Positions 20,177 through 30,388 are shown, counted from the first letter of the stretch. The stretch: DNA of 64,000 nucleotides from Flavobacteriales bacterium (GCA_040377305.1 JBEIPA010000003.1:64001-128000), one strand, 5' to 3'. The notes: a model not told the origin generated them from the letters alone. Translations and numbers: made by a program.

Positions 20177-22087
20177 TCACCTCTTCAGAAACGGCGTCTT
20201 AAACTCTCTTCCTTCCTGCTGAATGTACACGTTGTAATATCCATCACTCAACGCAATCACATTCACAACACCTCTTCCGCTTCCATCTGTCGAAGTCTGC
20301 TGACTCATCACCAACTTCCCTAGCATATCGTAAATCTTCACCGTACAAATTCCTTTGATCGGCGATTCAAACATCAATAAATCACTCGTCGGATTCGGGT
20401 ACAATGAGAAAGTTGTTGGCAAAGTTGGTTCTGCAACATTACTCAACGCGGCACTATCCGTAATGATCCACACATACGGATCAAAGATCAACGAGTCAGC
20501 AGCAAAGCCCAACGGAATTGTAAACTGTTGTCCACTCACCGTATGTTGCACGCGTACAAGCGTATCCTGTGTTCCATTTTTGAAATACAAGGGAAGCGGT
20601 AATTCAAAAAACGGAACGGATAGATCAGATTGTGTTTGATTGACCGTTGCGGTCACCACATTGGCTGTATCCTGCGACCATGTAATCGTGTACGTCGGAA
20701 ATCCTTCACCGAAAAACCAATCGTCATAATACCATTGCAGATTTTGACCTGATGCAGTTTCCATGTGCTGCTGAAACTGTGCGGTTGTCGCGAAAGAGTA
20801 GGAGTGAAGTGGATCATTCAGGAATGTATTCACACCCGCAAACCACGCACTGTCGCCAATCACCCAACGGAGTTGATGCAAAACCATTGCGCCTTTCGCG
20901 TATGACAAGCGTGGATCGAATATTCGCGAAGCGACTGTTGTGTCATCTACCCAAACAGATCCATCCGGCAATGATGTAACGTAACTCATTTCCCAATTCA
21001 GCCAAGGATACCAATACTGAGAGGGCGCATAGTTCTCGTAACACAATCCGGTGAGATACGTTGCGAATCCTTCGTTCAGCCAGATGTCTTCCCACGATGC
21101 GCACGTGACTTTATCTCCGAACCAATGATGTGCCAACTCGTGTGCAAACAACTCATACCAGAATCCACCAATGAATGTAATTGTGGTGTGTTCCATTCCA
21201 CCACCGAAATTGCACTGCGCATGACCATACTTCTCATCCGCAAACGGATACATTCCGAACAGCGAATCGAACAAGTGCATTTGCAGAATCACATCGGGTG
21301 TTGATGCAGCTGCCCACGCCGAATCTTCGGGATAAACATAGTTTACGACTTCAATCGTATCTCCATTGTCGTAAACGAAATCGCTGTACACAACATAATT
21401 GCTCACTGCAAAGCAAACGAGATATGCCGGAATCGGATGACGGTGTTTCCACGTCCATTGCCTTTGAACAGCGAACGTGACATCATTGGTAAGAATTCCA
21501 TTGCTCGCAACTTCATACCACAATGGTGCTGTGACGATGATATCAATCGAATCAATTTTGTCGAGTAAGTTTTGTTTGCACGGCCACCAGTTCATGGCAC
21601 CGTAAGGTTCCGAAAGCGTCCACATTACCGGATCGTTGTTGGGTCCATGAGTATCGACATGAAAACCACGAATACTTGTATCAGGCGCACCGTGATAATA
21701 AACGGAAACAGAATCCACCACACTCGAAGGCAATGTAGCACCTAGTTGTGCATTCAGAATATTGAACGCATGCGAAAACAAAACCGCATTGCCGTTGTAC
21801 ACGATACTATCCACTGTAAGCACCACCGACAAATCAAATTCTATGGTAGTGATAGATTGATTCGGAACAAAATGCGTGGTGATTTTTCCATCAATCCAAT
21901 TCAGCAGTGGATCGACTTGCCATTCGCAACGTTGGTAAACGAAATCGGAGGTGTTGGCGGCCTGAACCTGGGGCGGAGCAGAACGTGCATGTCCCTTCAT
22001 TTCATCTCTTGCAATGGATTGCTGGAGAACCTGTGCGCGTGCTTCGATCATGAAAACTGAGCAAAGCAGAATGAACAACTGTTTCAT
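20177..22087 (-). CDS. M1 family aminopeptidase with T9SS type A sorting domain
   Basis: GGMEH, HELAHHW (HExxH), WLNEGFA, YAKGA; C-terminal LYPNP domain; signal peptide. Confidence 0.95.
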   Translation of the reverse strand: MKQLFILLCSVFMIEARAQVLQQSIARDEMKGHARSAPPQVQAANTSDFVYQRCEWQVDPLLNWIDGKITTHFVPNQSITTIEFDLSVVLTVDSIVYNGNAVLFSHAFNILNAQLGATLPSSVVDSVSVYYHGAPDTSIRGFHVDTHGPNNDPVMWTLSEPYGAMNWWPCKQNLLDKIDSIDIIVTAPLWYEVASNGILTNDVTFAVQRQWTWKHRHPIPAYLVCFAVSNYVVYSDFVYDNGDTIEVVNYVYPEDSAWAAASTPDVILQMHLFDSLFGMYPFADEKYGHAQCNFGGGMEHTTITFIGGFWYELFAHELAHHWFGDKVTCASWEDIWLNEGFATYLTGLCYENYAPSQYWYPWLNWEMSYVTSLPDGSVWVDDTTVASRIFDPRLSYAKGAMVLHQLRWVIGDSAWFAGVNTFLNDPLHSYSFATTAQFQQHMETASGQNLQWYYDDWFFGEGFPTYTITWSQDTANVVTATVNQTQSDLSVPFFELPLPLYFKNGTQDTLVRVQHTVSGQQFTIPLGFAADSLIFDPYVWIITDSAALSNVAEPTLPTTFSLYPNPTSDLLMFESPIKGICTVKIYDMLGKLVMSQQTSTDGSGRGVVNVIALSDGYYNVYIQQEGREFKTPFLKR

Positions 22088-22277
22088 AGTTCAATTTACG
22101 AAGAATACGAGCTGAGACGCTTCGCGAAAGTAGCCGAGTTCGTTCTGTCGGAGTTCTGGTTTCCGAAAACCCTGAGATGGGGAAGGTGAAGAGGGAATTT
22201 CAGGGGAAATTGAGCGTGAAAAATGGATTTATGCAGGGTCGATTCGTAAATAATTTGAAATATCCTGAAAGGAGGTC

Positions 22278-24125
22278 CTATTGAATTTTAATATCATATT
22301 TCCTTTCAAAAAAAGAATCTAACGCAGTTTTATTCTCCTCCTTAAGCACGTACTCCATTTCATCTTCTGAAAGATCGCAAACACCAAAATTATTGATGTA
22401 ATTTCCATTCAGTGAATAATATTTCGAAGAGTACGGTTTGCTGGTTTTCGTAATGTAGTACCAAAATAGGCGTGACTCCATCAATTTTTTAATGTACAAG
22501 AGTTCTTTTTGAGTGCCTCCGATAATGGCACATCCATTGTAAAACAATAAATCTTCATCTTCGTTAATTATGAATGTTGGGGTTTTGTCGGAAATCTTTG
22601 GAAAAAACATTTTATTCTTTACTTTCTCCAGCGATTGAGTGCGACCAAAAGCGAACCATTTTTGATAATCTCCTTCACCCTTATCACGCTTTTCAAGGAC
22701 CGAACGCTTATCTTCCAAATATTTATAGGCTTTGGGGTACTTTTTCTTAAGTAAGACTCCATCCAAAGCGGTAGGATTAGCACTATTGTCATATGGAAAA
22801 ATGACTTTCTCCTTCAATTCATTTAATGTTACTGCCGTTCTACTTAATTTGTTGGAATTAACAATGTCCTTGCATATTCCCTTTTCGATAGGGTAAAGAC
22901 TGCCGTTCTGCAGATAATGATATGATTTATCTGATTTGACTGGTTTAAATATGAAAATGTCGTTTTTTAAAGTAGCAATTCCATGCCTGGTTGTATATAG
23001 TTCTCCAAACGGTCGGCCAACAGATTCAATTTGCTTAATAATTTCAGGGTCTTGCATATTCCAACCCATCTTTGAATTCAGACTTGCATATAAAAGATGC
23101 TCATATTGCTCATGAGCTTTGAAAATATTGTCGCTATCACATCTCACATATTCGATGAAATCGGAATTATTTTTTTCTATTAGGCAGATACAGGTGTATG
23201 TGTTTTTGGATTTAAAAACTTGCTCTCCGCCAAAATCAAGTATTTTAAAATTGTACTTGTTCTTCTGAAAATATGCTCTCAGTGACCTACCATTAAGGCT
23301 CTTAAAAAAACTATTCATGGTAATCACTCCAAGGATACCGTTTGGCTTTAGACTTTCAATGCCAATTTGAAAGAATGGAATATACAGGTCTGGATTTCCA
23401 GAATTTTTACACACTTCCCATGTTTCAAGTTTCGCCTTTGTTTCAACTGTTAAATGCTTCGCTGCAACATATGGAGGATTTCCAACTATAATGTCAAAAC
23501 CTAAAAATTTCTTGATGTGCTTTTTCCATTTAAAGGTTAAGGTATCTGCCTCATATAGGTTGAAGTCATACTCTTTCTTGTCTTCTCCAGCTTTTAAAGC
23601 CAAAATGCAAAGCAAGAGTTTAGTTCGTACAATGGAGTATGGTTGTATGTCAATACCGAAAATTTGATATTTGAATATGTGGAAGTATGTAGAATTAGTT
23701 TCCAGCTTTAGCTGCTTAGCCGCAGTATACAGGAAGCCTCCACAACCACACGAAATATCAGCAATTTTTACCCGATGAAGAATATCTTCCTTAGCCTCAA
23801 ACGACTTATCGATAATAAATTCCCTGATATTTAATGGTGTATAAACTGCGCCATTAATGACTCTATCGGCTGGCGAAATGACAAACTCAAATAATTCAAT
23901 TAGTTTTTCAATGTCGAAATCCTTTATCTCTTCATTAACTATCGCTAAAAATTGAACGAGAGAAGTACATTCCTGTATGTTTCCCGCGTCAATTACATAC
24001 GATTTAAGAAATTTATTTCTTTTAATGGTAAGCGCATTCTTGGTCAAGAATGCTGAAATTATTAATCTGTCAACATCTTTTGGGTTTGTGGAATAGTTCC
24101 GTAGAAAGTTAAATACTTTTTTCAT
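22278..24125 (-). CDS. N6-adenine DNA methyltransferase (gamma class, Eco57I/TaqI-like) with C-terminal TRD
   Basis: GAVYTP (motif X), DISCGCGGFL (motif I), GNPPY (motif IV), DLYIPF; no obvious fused nuclease. Confidence 0.92.
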   Translation of the reverse strand: MKKVFNFLRNYSTNPKDVDRLIISAFLTKNALTIKRNKFLKSYVIDAGNIQECTSLVQFLAIVNEEIKDFDIEKLIELFEFVISPADRVINGAVYTPLNIREFIIDKSFEAKEDILHRVKIADISCGCGGFLYTAAKQLKLETNSTYFHIFKYQIFGIDIQPYSIVRTKLLLCILALKAGEDKKEYDFNLYEADTLTFKWKKHIKKFLGFDIIVGNPPYVAAKHLTVETKAKLETWEVCKNSGNPDLYIPFFQIGIESLKPNGILGVITMNSFFKSLNGRSLRAYFQKNKYNFKILDFGGEQVFKSKNTYTCICLIEKNNSDFIEYVRCDSDNIFKAHEQYEHLLYASLNSKMGWNMQDPEIIKQIESVGRPFGELYTTRHGIATLKNDIFIFKPVKSDKSYHYLQNGSLYPIEKGICKDIVNSNKLSRTAVTLNELKEKVIFPYDNSANPTALDGVLLKKKYPKAYKYLEDKRSVLEKRDKGEGDYQKWFAFGRTQSLEKVKNKMFFPKISDKTPTFIINEDEDLLFYNGCAIIGGTQKELLYIKKLMESRLFWYYITKTSKPYSSKYYSLNGNYINNFGVCDLSEDEMEYVLKEENKTALDSFFERKYDIKIQ

Positions 24126-24883
24126 ACGAAAATTGGGCAGAGTTCACTAACTGGTTTCCACGAAACTCCCGCTTCGCTGAATGGTTTCCAATGATTGGCC
24201 AAAGTGTGAAAGTATGGCTTCCAAATCCTTTCCTGATACTGAGAATAAAGACTGTGATACTCTCGTTCTTCTAATAGAGATTCAAAGGCAGTCGGAAAAA
24301 AATTAGAAGTCAAAAAGCCCACGCCGAGGATAAAATCAAGTGGACAATGCATTAGTCGTGGAGTATCCAGATACATAACAACTCCTGAATCGTGAGTTGC
24401 TGATTTGGTAGGGTTTACATCATACTGCAAGTGATAAACAGGATGTGGTTCTTTAGCTGCCCCTGCAGCGATATGCCGGTCAATATGAAACCCAAAATGA
24501 TAGATTTGACTTCCAATGCCTTTAACAAAAACTTTAAAACCTAGTTCTAAAAAAGGGTCACTCATATCGTCCCATCCAGCAACACTCGCACGCAATTTCA
24601 TACTGAGATGAACGCTGCCTTTATTGATATCACTTGGACTAACATGGTTCAACGTTTCTAAAGCCATTTCAAATCCGTCAATGTCATAACCCCATATTTT
24701 TTCATCACGACCTCCACCCTTTAAAACCGGAATGAAATTCTCATTCCGAAGGTCGTTTATTGCGGTATATATTTGAGTCGTATTTACATCATTGCCTATG
24801 CAATTGTCGAGCAGCTGAGCCATTCTCTCAAGCTCTCTCGCTCTTTCATTGCGAAAGTGCATTATCTTTTTGTCAACAGCCAT
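24122..24883 (-). CDS. Hypothetical His-rich protein of the defence-like operon
   Basis: ATGA overlap with the MTase gene; FHIDRH...HPVYHLQY...PRL.H.PLD motif; family not securely recognised. Confidence 0.75.
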   Translation of the reverse strand: MAVDKKIMHFRNERARELERMAQLLDNCIGNDVNTTQIYTAINDLRNENFIPVLKGGGRDEKIWGYDIDGFEMALETLNHVSPSDINKGSVHLSMKLRASVAGWDDMSDPFLELGFKVFVKGIGSQIYHFGFHIDRHIAAGAAKEPHPVYHLQYDVNPTKSATHDSGVVMYLDTPRLMHCPLDFILGVGFLTSNFFPTAFESLLEEREYHSLYSQYQERIWKPYFHTLANHWKPFSEAGVSWKPVSELCPIFV

Positions 24884-24887
24884 GATA

Positions 24888-25994
24888 TTATAGAGCTTTT
24901 TCTAATGCATCAATTCTTGCTTTTTCAGATGGGTGAGGTCTCAACCCTTTTTCAACACCTATACGTTCGAGGACAGCATCCAAAGACAAGTATTTGCTTT
25001 CCTGCCAAGGCTTTAATTCTGAAGAGGAATAAATTTTGAACCCTTCAATCGGGTCTAATGGTGTTTTATAGCCTTCGCAAATAGTCCAAAATTCTGTGCT
25101 TTTACAATGTTTTATGGGTTTTGCAGGTGCCAGCTTTTGTATTCCGGTCTTTTCAATTAAAAGACCCACACGTTCTTCCGCTTTTAAGAACGTCAATTTT
25201 TTTCCGGTCATTGTCTTAAATGCATCCGTTATTGAATTTGCCCACCATCTATCCCATCCATCAGAAAACACGCCTGAATATTTAGCTTGAGAAAACACGC
25301 ACTCCAATAATTTACGCCATTCCGGTGAAGCTTCAATGTCAATGCCTAACCTTGCTGCAACAGTTCTTTCCTTTAAAAGAGGGTTAGTACAATGAAATAA
25401 ATTCTTAATCGCAAAATGTGCATAGTCGTGGACAACAAGTTTATTGCTCGCATCAAATCTTTCCATAATGCGAGGGTCAATTGAACTTAATTCAATATCC
25501 TTAAATATCATGACTGGTTTTAGTTCACTTGCATTTAGCAACTCGTATCCCTTTGCAAGAGAATCTAATTTCCGCGAAAATTTTTTAGAATCAGGGTTGG
25601 CGGATTTTTCAAATTTATAATCAAACAAATCATGACTAGATTTATCAGCATCGTAGGTCTCTCTGATTTTAGTTTCTGTAGAACAAAGTATAATGGGGAA
25701 AGCAGGGGCATCACCTCTTGCAGTCATTGACCTTAGCTCTTGAGCAATGGAAGTCGCATTAAAATCAACACGGTTGGCACCATCTCCGTCTAACCGCAGG
25801 TCAATGATAACGCCATCGAATGCTTTCTTTTTTCGAAGACTTATCAGCTCATTTCGCAGCTTTCCGAAGTCCTTAAATTCCCCTAATGGAAACAAACTGA
25901 CTTCAACTACTCCTAGGTCATTAAACATATTGAGCGTGGACGTTTCAGATGCTCCGCTCTCGTCATCGATATATAGATATTTTGGCTTACTCAT
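24888..25994 (-). CDS. Response-regulator receiver domain protein with unknown C-terminal domain
   Basis: YLYIDDE, FDGVIIDLRLD (phospho-Asp), PIILCS, conserved Lys (FEK); about 230-aa tail with no HTH recognised. Confidence 0.8.
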   Translation of the reverse strand: MSKPKYLYIDDESGASETSTLNMFNDLGVVEVSLFPLGEFKDFGKLRNELISLRKKKAFDGVIIDLRLDGDGANRVDFNATSIAQELRSMTARGDAPAFPIILCSTETKIRETYDADKSSHDLFDYKFEKSANPDSKKFSRKLDSLAKGYELLNASELKPVMIFKDIELSSIDPRIMERFDASNKLVVHDYAHFAIKNLFHCTNPLLKERTVAARLGIDIEASPEWRKLLECVFSQAKYSGVFSDGWDRWWANSITDAFKTMTGKKLTFLKAEERVGLLIEKTGIQKLAPAKPIKHCKSTEFWTICEGYKTPLDPIEGFKIYSSSELKPWQESKYLSLDAVLERIGVEKGLRPHPSEKARIDALEKAL

Positions 25995-28302
25995 TTTCTT
26001 CTTTATTTACTGGTATTTCAATTCTAAATGTTGTAACGAACCCCTCAGCTGGCGGAATATTCACATATATGGAACCGCCATAGGCTTCAATAATGTCTTT
26101 CACTATTTTCAAACCAAGTCCGGTTCCCACCATTGTATCTGAATCATTCGCTGAATGATTAGCAGCGGATGTTGTCGTGTAAAAGGCATTGAAGATAATT
26201 TCCTCATTTTCTTTCGGTATGCCATCTCCATTGTCAGAGAATTCTAAATAGACATTCTCATCATCTTTGCCACACTTAATTTGAATTTCTCCGTCCTTTT
26301 TACTTCTCTTTATCGCCTTTTTTGAATTAGTATAAAGGTTAAAAAGAATAGATGCCCACTCTGACGGGTGCATAGGCACAGTAAATAAACGGTAGCCATC
26401 AAAAATGTGGTTGTGAACTTTAATTTTTGAACGTACTAAATCAGCTGCTATTACAGTCTCAAAATCACGAACAACATCCCTGAGTTCGATTGGTTCAAGT
26501 TCCCTCAAAACATTCCTCGAAATAGCTTTATTGAAATAAGAGGTGTAGGCTGTGAACGCTCTCACATTCTCCTCTAACAATCCTACTCGCTCACTCGCGG
26601 CTTTATATTCCTTTACTGCATTTTTCAAGAACGTTATGTCAGCATCAAAGCCTGGTAAAAACCTCTTGACTTCATGCACAAATTCCCCGATTACCAACCC
26701 TAAACCGGCCAATATTCGAAGCATATTAATTTCATCAATTAATTTTTGTTTCTCTCGCTTTTCTTCTTCTCTAGCCGCTTCCAAGGTTTTAAAAGCATCC
26801 TTATATTTTTCCCCAGAACCGGATGCTCCTTCCTTCTCGTCTCCTGATGTATTTTCCTCGAAAATTTCTTTGAGCTTTGAAACTGCTGAATCGACTTTCT
26901 CAGACGGAGTTTCTTCTGATTTTCTATAATTTTTTTGTGATGCAGTTGCCTTTCTTCCTCTAAGTTCGGCTACTTTAATAACTGCGCTAATGATTGAGCG
27001 GTATACAAATTTAACCAGTTCCTCTAGTGCATCACTCTCAATTAACCCTTCTCTACTTGACGTTTCTTCAAAATCTTGCCCTTCTTTATCCTCTATTTCT
27101 ACGAAACCAAAAAAACAAATATTCATATGCGGTGCTAAAACCACACTTCTGTTATTTGACCTATCAAGTCCTAACCAATCATCTCCTTCTTCTCCATAAG
27201 GCAATACCCTAAATCCATTTCTATACAACCGAATACCGCCTTTTTCGTATGCCAAGTTTCTAATAAAAGTAAACACTCCTGGTGCAAACAAATTACCGTC
27301 ATAAATAAAATAATATGCTTTAAAATGAACACCTTTTATAAGATTAAATTTGCTTTCAACATCTTCTCTGTCTTCCTCATTATTACCAATCAAAAATACT
27401 TCCTGCTTGAAATCTAATTTATCACTCATTAAAGCCCAACAGCCTTGTCCATCATCCATGACGTACCCTTCAATTTCCGCAAGAGCATGACTGAAGATTG
27501 CTTCATTCTCATCAATAATTGGGGTAAGTTCCTCCCCGTTCTTTCTGAAGTAGTAGCTTTTAAATCCGGGGTCGGTTCTTTTCTTTTCTTCTTTTTTCTT
27601 CTTTTTCGATAGAGGAAAAGGTTGAAGCAATTCCGATGTATATCGGAAAACTCTTTTAATCATCGCATCAGACCAACCTTCACGCAATCCTTCAATAATT
27701 AAATCTGTCCCTTCTGGTTTAGTCTTAGAAACTGATTCAACTTGATTTGTGATACTTAGGAGGTCCTTGTCCGTTTCAAATTTGTCCCACTCAATTGTTA
27801 TCTTTGTAGCCTGCTCTGATTCTAAGGTTTGAGTGATAATTGTAAGTTTGTTTCCCAATCGCTGGGTAGCGAACCGTCCAATGCCCTTACGTCCCGCCCT
27901 CGTTCTTTTATACCTTTCTGAAATCGGATTGTGAATTTTTTCAGAGGAAGATAATCGCATAAAGCCATTAATAAGTTGCTCTCTGGTCATCCCAAGGCCA
28001 CTATCTTCGATATGCAATGTTCCGCCTTCTTGCCAAGCATCTTCAAAGACTAATCGCACTTCAACAGCATCGGCATCATATGCATTTTTTACTAATTCAG
28101 AAACTGCTGTTTCGTGTTTACCAACAAGCTCTTTTCCTAATCGGTTGATTATGCCGGCATCCACAGAAAAGCGTACTTCCGATTCATCAAGATTTGCAAT
28201 TTCACTTGAAAGCGCAAGTATTACATTATTATCGGAATTCTCTTTTTGAATCTCCGCAAAAAGTTTCTTCTTAAGTTCTGTAATATGTATTGATCGGTCC
28301 AT
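25987..28302 (-). CDS. MORC/MutL-type GHKL ATPase fused to a histidine kinase
   Basis: N-terminal ELVKNAYDADA, DSGLGM, GRKGIGRF, GT motifs; S5-like LYRNGFRVLPYG...SSREG; C-terminal H-box FVHEV, N-box NLYTNS, DNGDGI, FYTT, GTGLGL. Confidence 0.92.
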   Translation of the reverse strand: MDRSIHITELKKKLFAEIQKENSDNNVILALSSEIANLDESEVRFSVDAGIINRLGKELVGKHETAVSELVKNAYDADAVEVRLVFEDAWQEGGTLHIEDSGLGMTREQLINGFMRLSSSEKIHNPISERYKRTRAGRKGIGRFATQRLGNKLTIITQTLESEQATKITIEWDKFETDKDLLSITNQVESVSKTKPEGTDLIIEGLREGWSDAMIKRVFRYTSELLQPFPLSKKKKKEEKKRTDPGFKSYYFRKNGEELTPIIDENEAIFSHALAEIEGYVMDDGQGCWALMSDKLDFKQEVFLIGNNEEDREDVESKFNLIKGVHFKAYYFIYDGNLFAPGVFTFIRNLAYEKGGIRLYRNGFRVLPYGEEGDDWLGLDRSNNRSVVLAPHMNICFFGFVEIEDKEGQDFEETSSREGLIESDALEELVKFVYRSIISAVIKVAELRGRKATASQKNYRKSEETPSEKVDSAVSKLKEIFEENTSGDEKEGASGSGEKYKDAFKTLEAAREEEKREKQKLIDEINMLRILAGLGLVIGEFVHEVKRFLPGFDADITFLKNAVKEYKAASERVGLLEENVRAFTAYTSYFNKAISRNVLRELEPIELRDVVRDFETVIAADLVRSKIKVHNHIFDGYRLFTVPMHPSEWASILFNLYTNSKKAIKRSKKDGEIQIKCGKDDENVYLEFSDNGDGIPKENEEIIFNAFYTTTSAANHSANDSDTMVGTGLGLKIVKDIIEAYGGSIYVNIPPAEGFVTTFRIEIPVNKEENE

Positions 28303-28466
28303 GTATAGGTAAAGATATTCACTTTAGTAGATACTAGAAACATCAGTTCAATCGTTGGTTCTGCGATGATTACATTGGCATATGCTGGAAATTGCAGATG
28401 GAGTCCCTCATATTACCATTAACAGGGAATGTGGGATATCTAGCATTCAGAACTTTATGCCTACCC

Positions 28467-28498
28467 CACAAAAAGGCCGCAATCTCTCAATCGCGGCT
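28467..28498 (-). terminator. Hairpin repeat copy 1 (terminator-like)
   Basis: cacaaaaaggccgcaatctctcaatcgcggct downstream of the PPIase gene. Confidence 0.65.
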
Positions 28499-28533
28499 GC
28501 ACTATAATTCAACACTGTGTTCTTTCCCTGATT

Positions 28534-28935
28534 TTACTTCTTGAACTGCACAAGAATATGCCTTACATCCCTTTCATTTTCGCGAATAGCAGTTACGGTC
28601 ACAATGTGATATCCGAATTCCGTTAAGAACGGTTCAGAAATTTCATTCAGCCCCAATTCAAAAGTTACTTTATCAAATTCGGGAACCATCATCCCCACCG
28701 TAACGTGTTCATATTGTCCGCCGGATTCTTTGGATCCCGGATCTTCTGTGTACTCGCTGGCAAGCTTGACAAAGTCTTCTCCGTTCTTTAATCTCGTGTG
28801 TAATTCGTCGATCAGTGTTTTCGCTTCAGCTTCCGTGCGCGTGGGATCTTCGGACCCTGGAGGTTTTGTTTCGTTTCCGCAGGAATAGAATGTCACAAGC
28901 AGACAAGCAATCAGAATTTGTGAAATGTATTTCAT
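28534..28935 (-). CDS. Parvulin-type (PpiC) peptidyl-prolyl isomerase lipoprotein
   Basis: Lipobox FYSC; F..LA..Y.EDPGS...GG, MVPEF, S.PF.T.FGYHI, VRHILV. Confidence 0.9.
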   Translation of the reverse strand: MKYISQILIACLLVTFYSCGNETKPPGSEDPTRTEAEAKTLIDELHTRLKNGEDFVKLASEYTEDPGSKESGGQYEHVTVGMMVPEFDKVTFELGLNEISEPFLTEFGYHIVTVTAIRENERDVRHILVQFKK

Positions 28936-29003
28936 CAGGCGTGATTTTGTATTTGAAAGTTACGAATTCTAAGCGTGAACGTGATCACGACTCAGCGCAA
29001 AGG

Positions 29004-29040
29004 AAAAGCCGCAATCTCTCAATCGAAGCCCTCTTTTTTT
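29004..29040 (-). repeat. Hairpin repeat copy 2 (degenerate)
   Basis: aaaagccgcaatctctcaatcgaagccctcttttttt downstream of hipA. Confidence 0.65.
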
Positions 29041-29098
29041 ACTCCCGTCTCCTGCGCCGCGGCGCACTCCCAACTCCGATCTAATTCACCTTTTTTAT

Positions 29099-30388
29099 CT
29101 ACAAAACAATAAGCGTCTTCTCAATCGCACGCTTCAACTTCCCCTCCACGTTCACTTGTGTCGCGTAAACATCCCACATCTTTACTGCTTCTGCGACTTC
29201 ATTCAGTATCCGTTCCGCACGTTTTATGTTCATCTGCCGCGCCACATAAATCAAATCTTCGCGTGTGATGTTCTTCCGTTTTCCGTTCACACTTAATGAG
29301 TGCTGACTGACCCATTCACTTCCGGGACGGTACGCGTGACATACATCGAATGCAGGCGACAAGTTCCATTCTCCATTCTTGTCCATGATGAACGCAAAAT
29401 TCTTAGTGTGGTCATCACAGTTTCTTCCCATTACATTGAACGCCATTCTGCGATACAGTTGTTCTGCTTGCGGATAAGGAAGCCCGAGTATGCGCATGGT
29501 TTCAAAGAGCTGCTCGTAACTATAACTGTTCATGTCGTTAAAGTCGTAATGCTGCATGGCGCAGAAACTCTGTACGTGTAATTTGCTTGTTGCCCGTACG
29601 CGATCAAATCGGCGTGTCATAAAATGTGCGCGTCCGTTTTCTTCGAGCAAGCGGCATTCCATCATTTCAATGCCGGCATCTTTCGCCATTAAATAGTAAG
29701 CCATTTCTACGCGACCATAACCACTCGAAGCGCCGAACTGTGTATCAATTACTCCATCGAACTTGATCAGCCAATGAGAATATCCTTTTGGTGCTGCGGC
29801 TTGTCCGGCGCGAACTCCGCCCGTCTTCGGGTTGTATGCGATCACCGCTTTTGCACGCGCTCCACCAGCCGAGGATCCGATTTTCAAAATATCCATCAGC
29901 GCCTTTTCTTCATCGGCTTTTAATTTCCCTTTTACCTTTTTCTTGCCCGAAAGAATGGTGCCTGCAATTTCAACGAGACTGGATATTTCTACTTTCGAAG
30001 AAACTGCGTTTGACTTCGGGGTTGCCGGTTCAAACTCCAGCGCACCCATTCCGCGTGTTCCGGTGAAACACAAAATCTCAACAGGATTCAGACTGTTTGT
30101 AGGTCGTCCGTTCCGGGCAAGCCAGGCATTGATCAACGCGTTTCCGAATTTATCAGGTAATGAATCCGCAAGTAATCCGGGTAAGCCACGAAACGTTTGC
30201 AGATCCCTCAACTCAGAAAAACTGAAAATGGTTCTTCCGGTATCAATTGGCATTTTGATCGGAGAAGGATCCAATCCGCTTTTCACAAATGCTGCATCAT
30301 ACTCAAACGCACCAACTCCCGTAGCAGGATCCCATGAAACGGCTCCTACACGTTTGTTCCAAAGATGAATAAATGCCTTTGTGATCAT
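29099..30388 (-). CDS. hipA: HipA-family Ser/Thr kinase toxin
   Basis: DSLPD.FG, GSSAGGARAK, WLIKFD, RRFDR, NCDDHTKNF, LSPAFD. Confidence 0.93.
   Translation of the reverse strand: MITKAFIHLWNKRVGAVSWDPATGVGAFEYDAAFVKSGLDPSPIKMPIDTGRTIFSFSELRDLQTFRGLPGLLADSLPDKFGNALINAWLARNGRPTNSLNPVEILCFTGTRGMGALEFEPATPKSNAVSSKVEISSLVEIAGTILSGKKKVKGKLKADEEKALMDILKIGSSAGGARAKAVIAYNPKTGGVRAGQAAAPKGYSHWLIKFDGVIDTQFGASSGYGRVEMAYYLMAKDAGIEMMECRLLEENGRAHFMTRRFDRVRATSKLHVQSFCAMQHYDFNDMNSYSYEQLFETMRILGLPYPQAEQLYRRMAFNVMGRNCDDHTKNFAFIMDKNGEWNLSPAFDVCHAYRPGSEWVSQHSLSVNGKRKNITREDLIYVARQMNIKRAERILNEVAEAVKMWDVYATQVNVEGKLKRAIEKTLIVL

Larger units (their letters stand above)
22260..28466. mobile_element. AT-rich genomic island (putative defence cassette); boundaries approximate, no integrase seen
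   Basis: Spot counts of 11/60 GC (line 27301) and 17/60 (line 23161) vs 33/60 in a flanking gene (line 31441); four tightly coupled genes including a DNA MTase. Confidence 0.65.

Noticed and set aside
19816-20323. ORFs 19816-20202 and 20051-20323 as genes
   Set aside because: They run through a terminator and short-repeat tracts and overlap the peptidase 3' end; the translations reflect the repeats.
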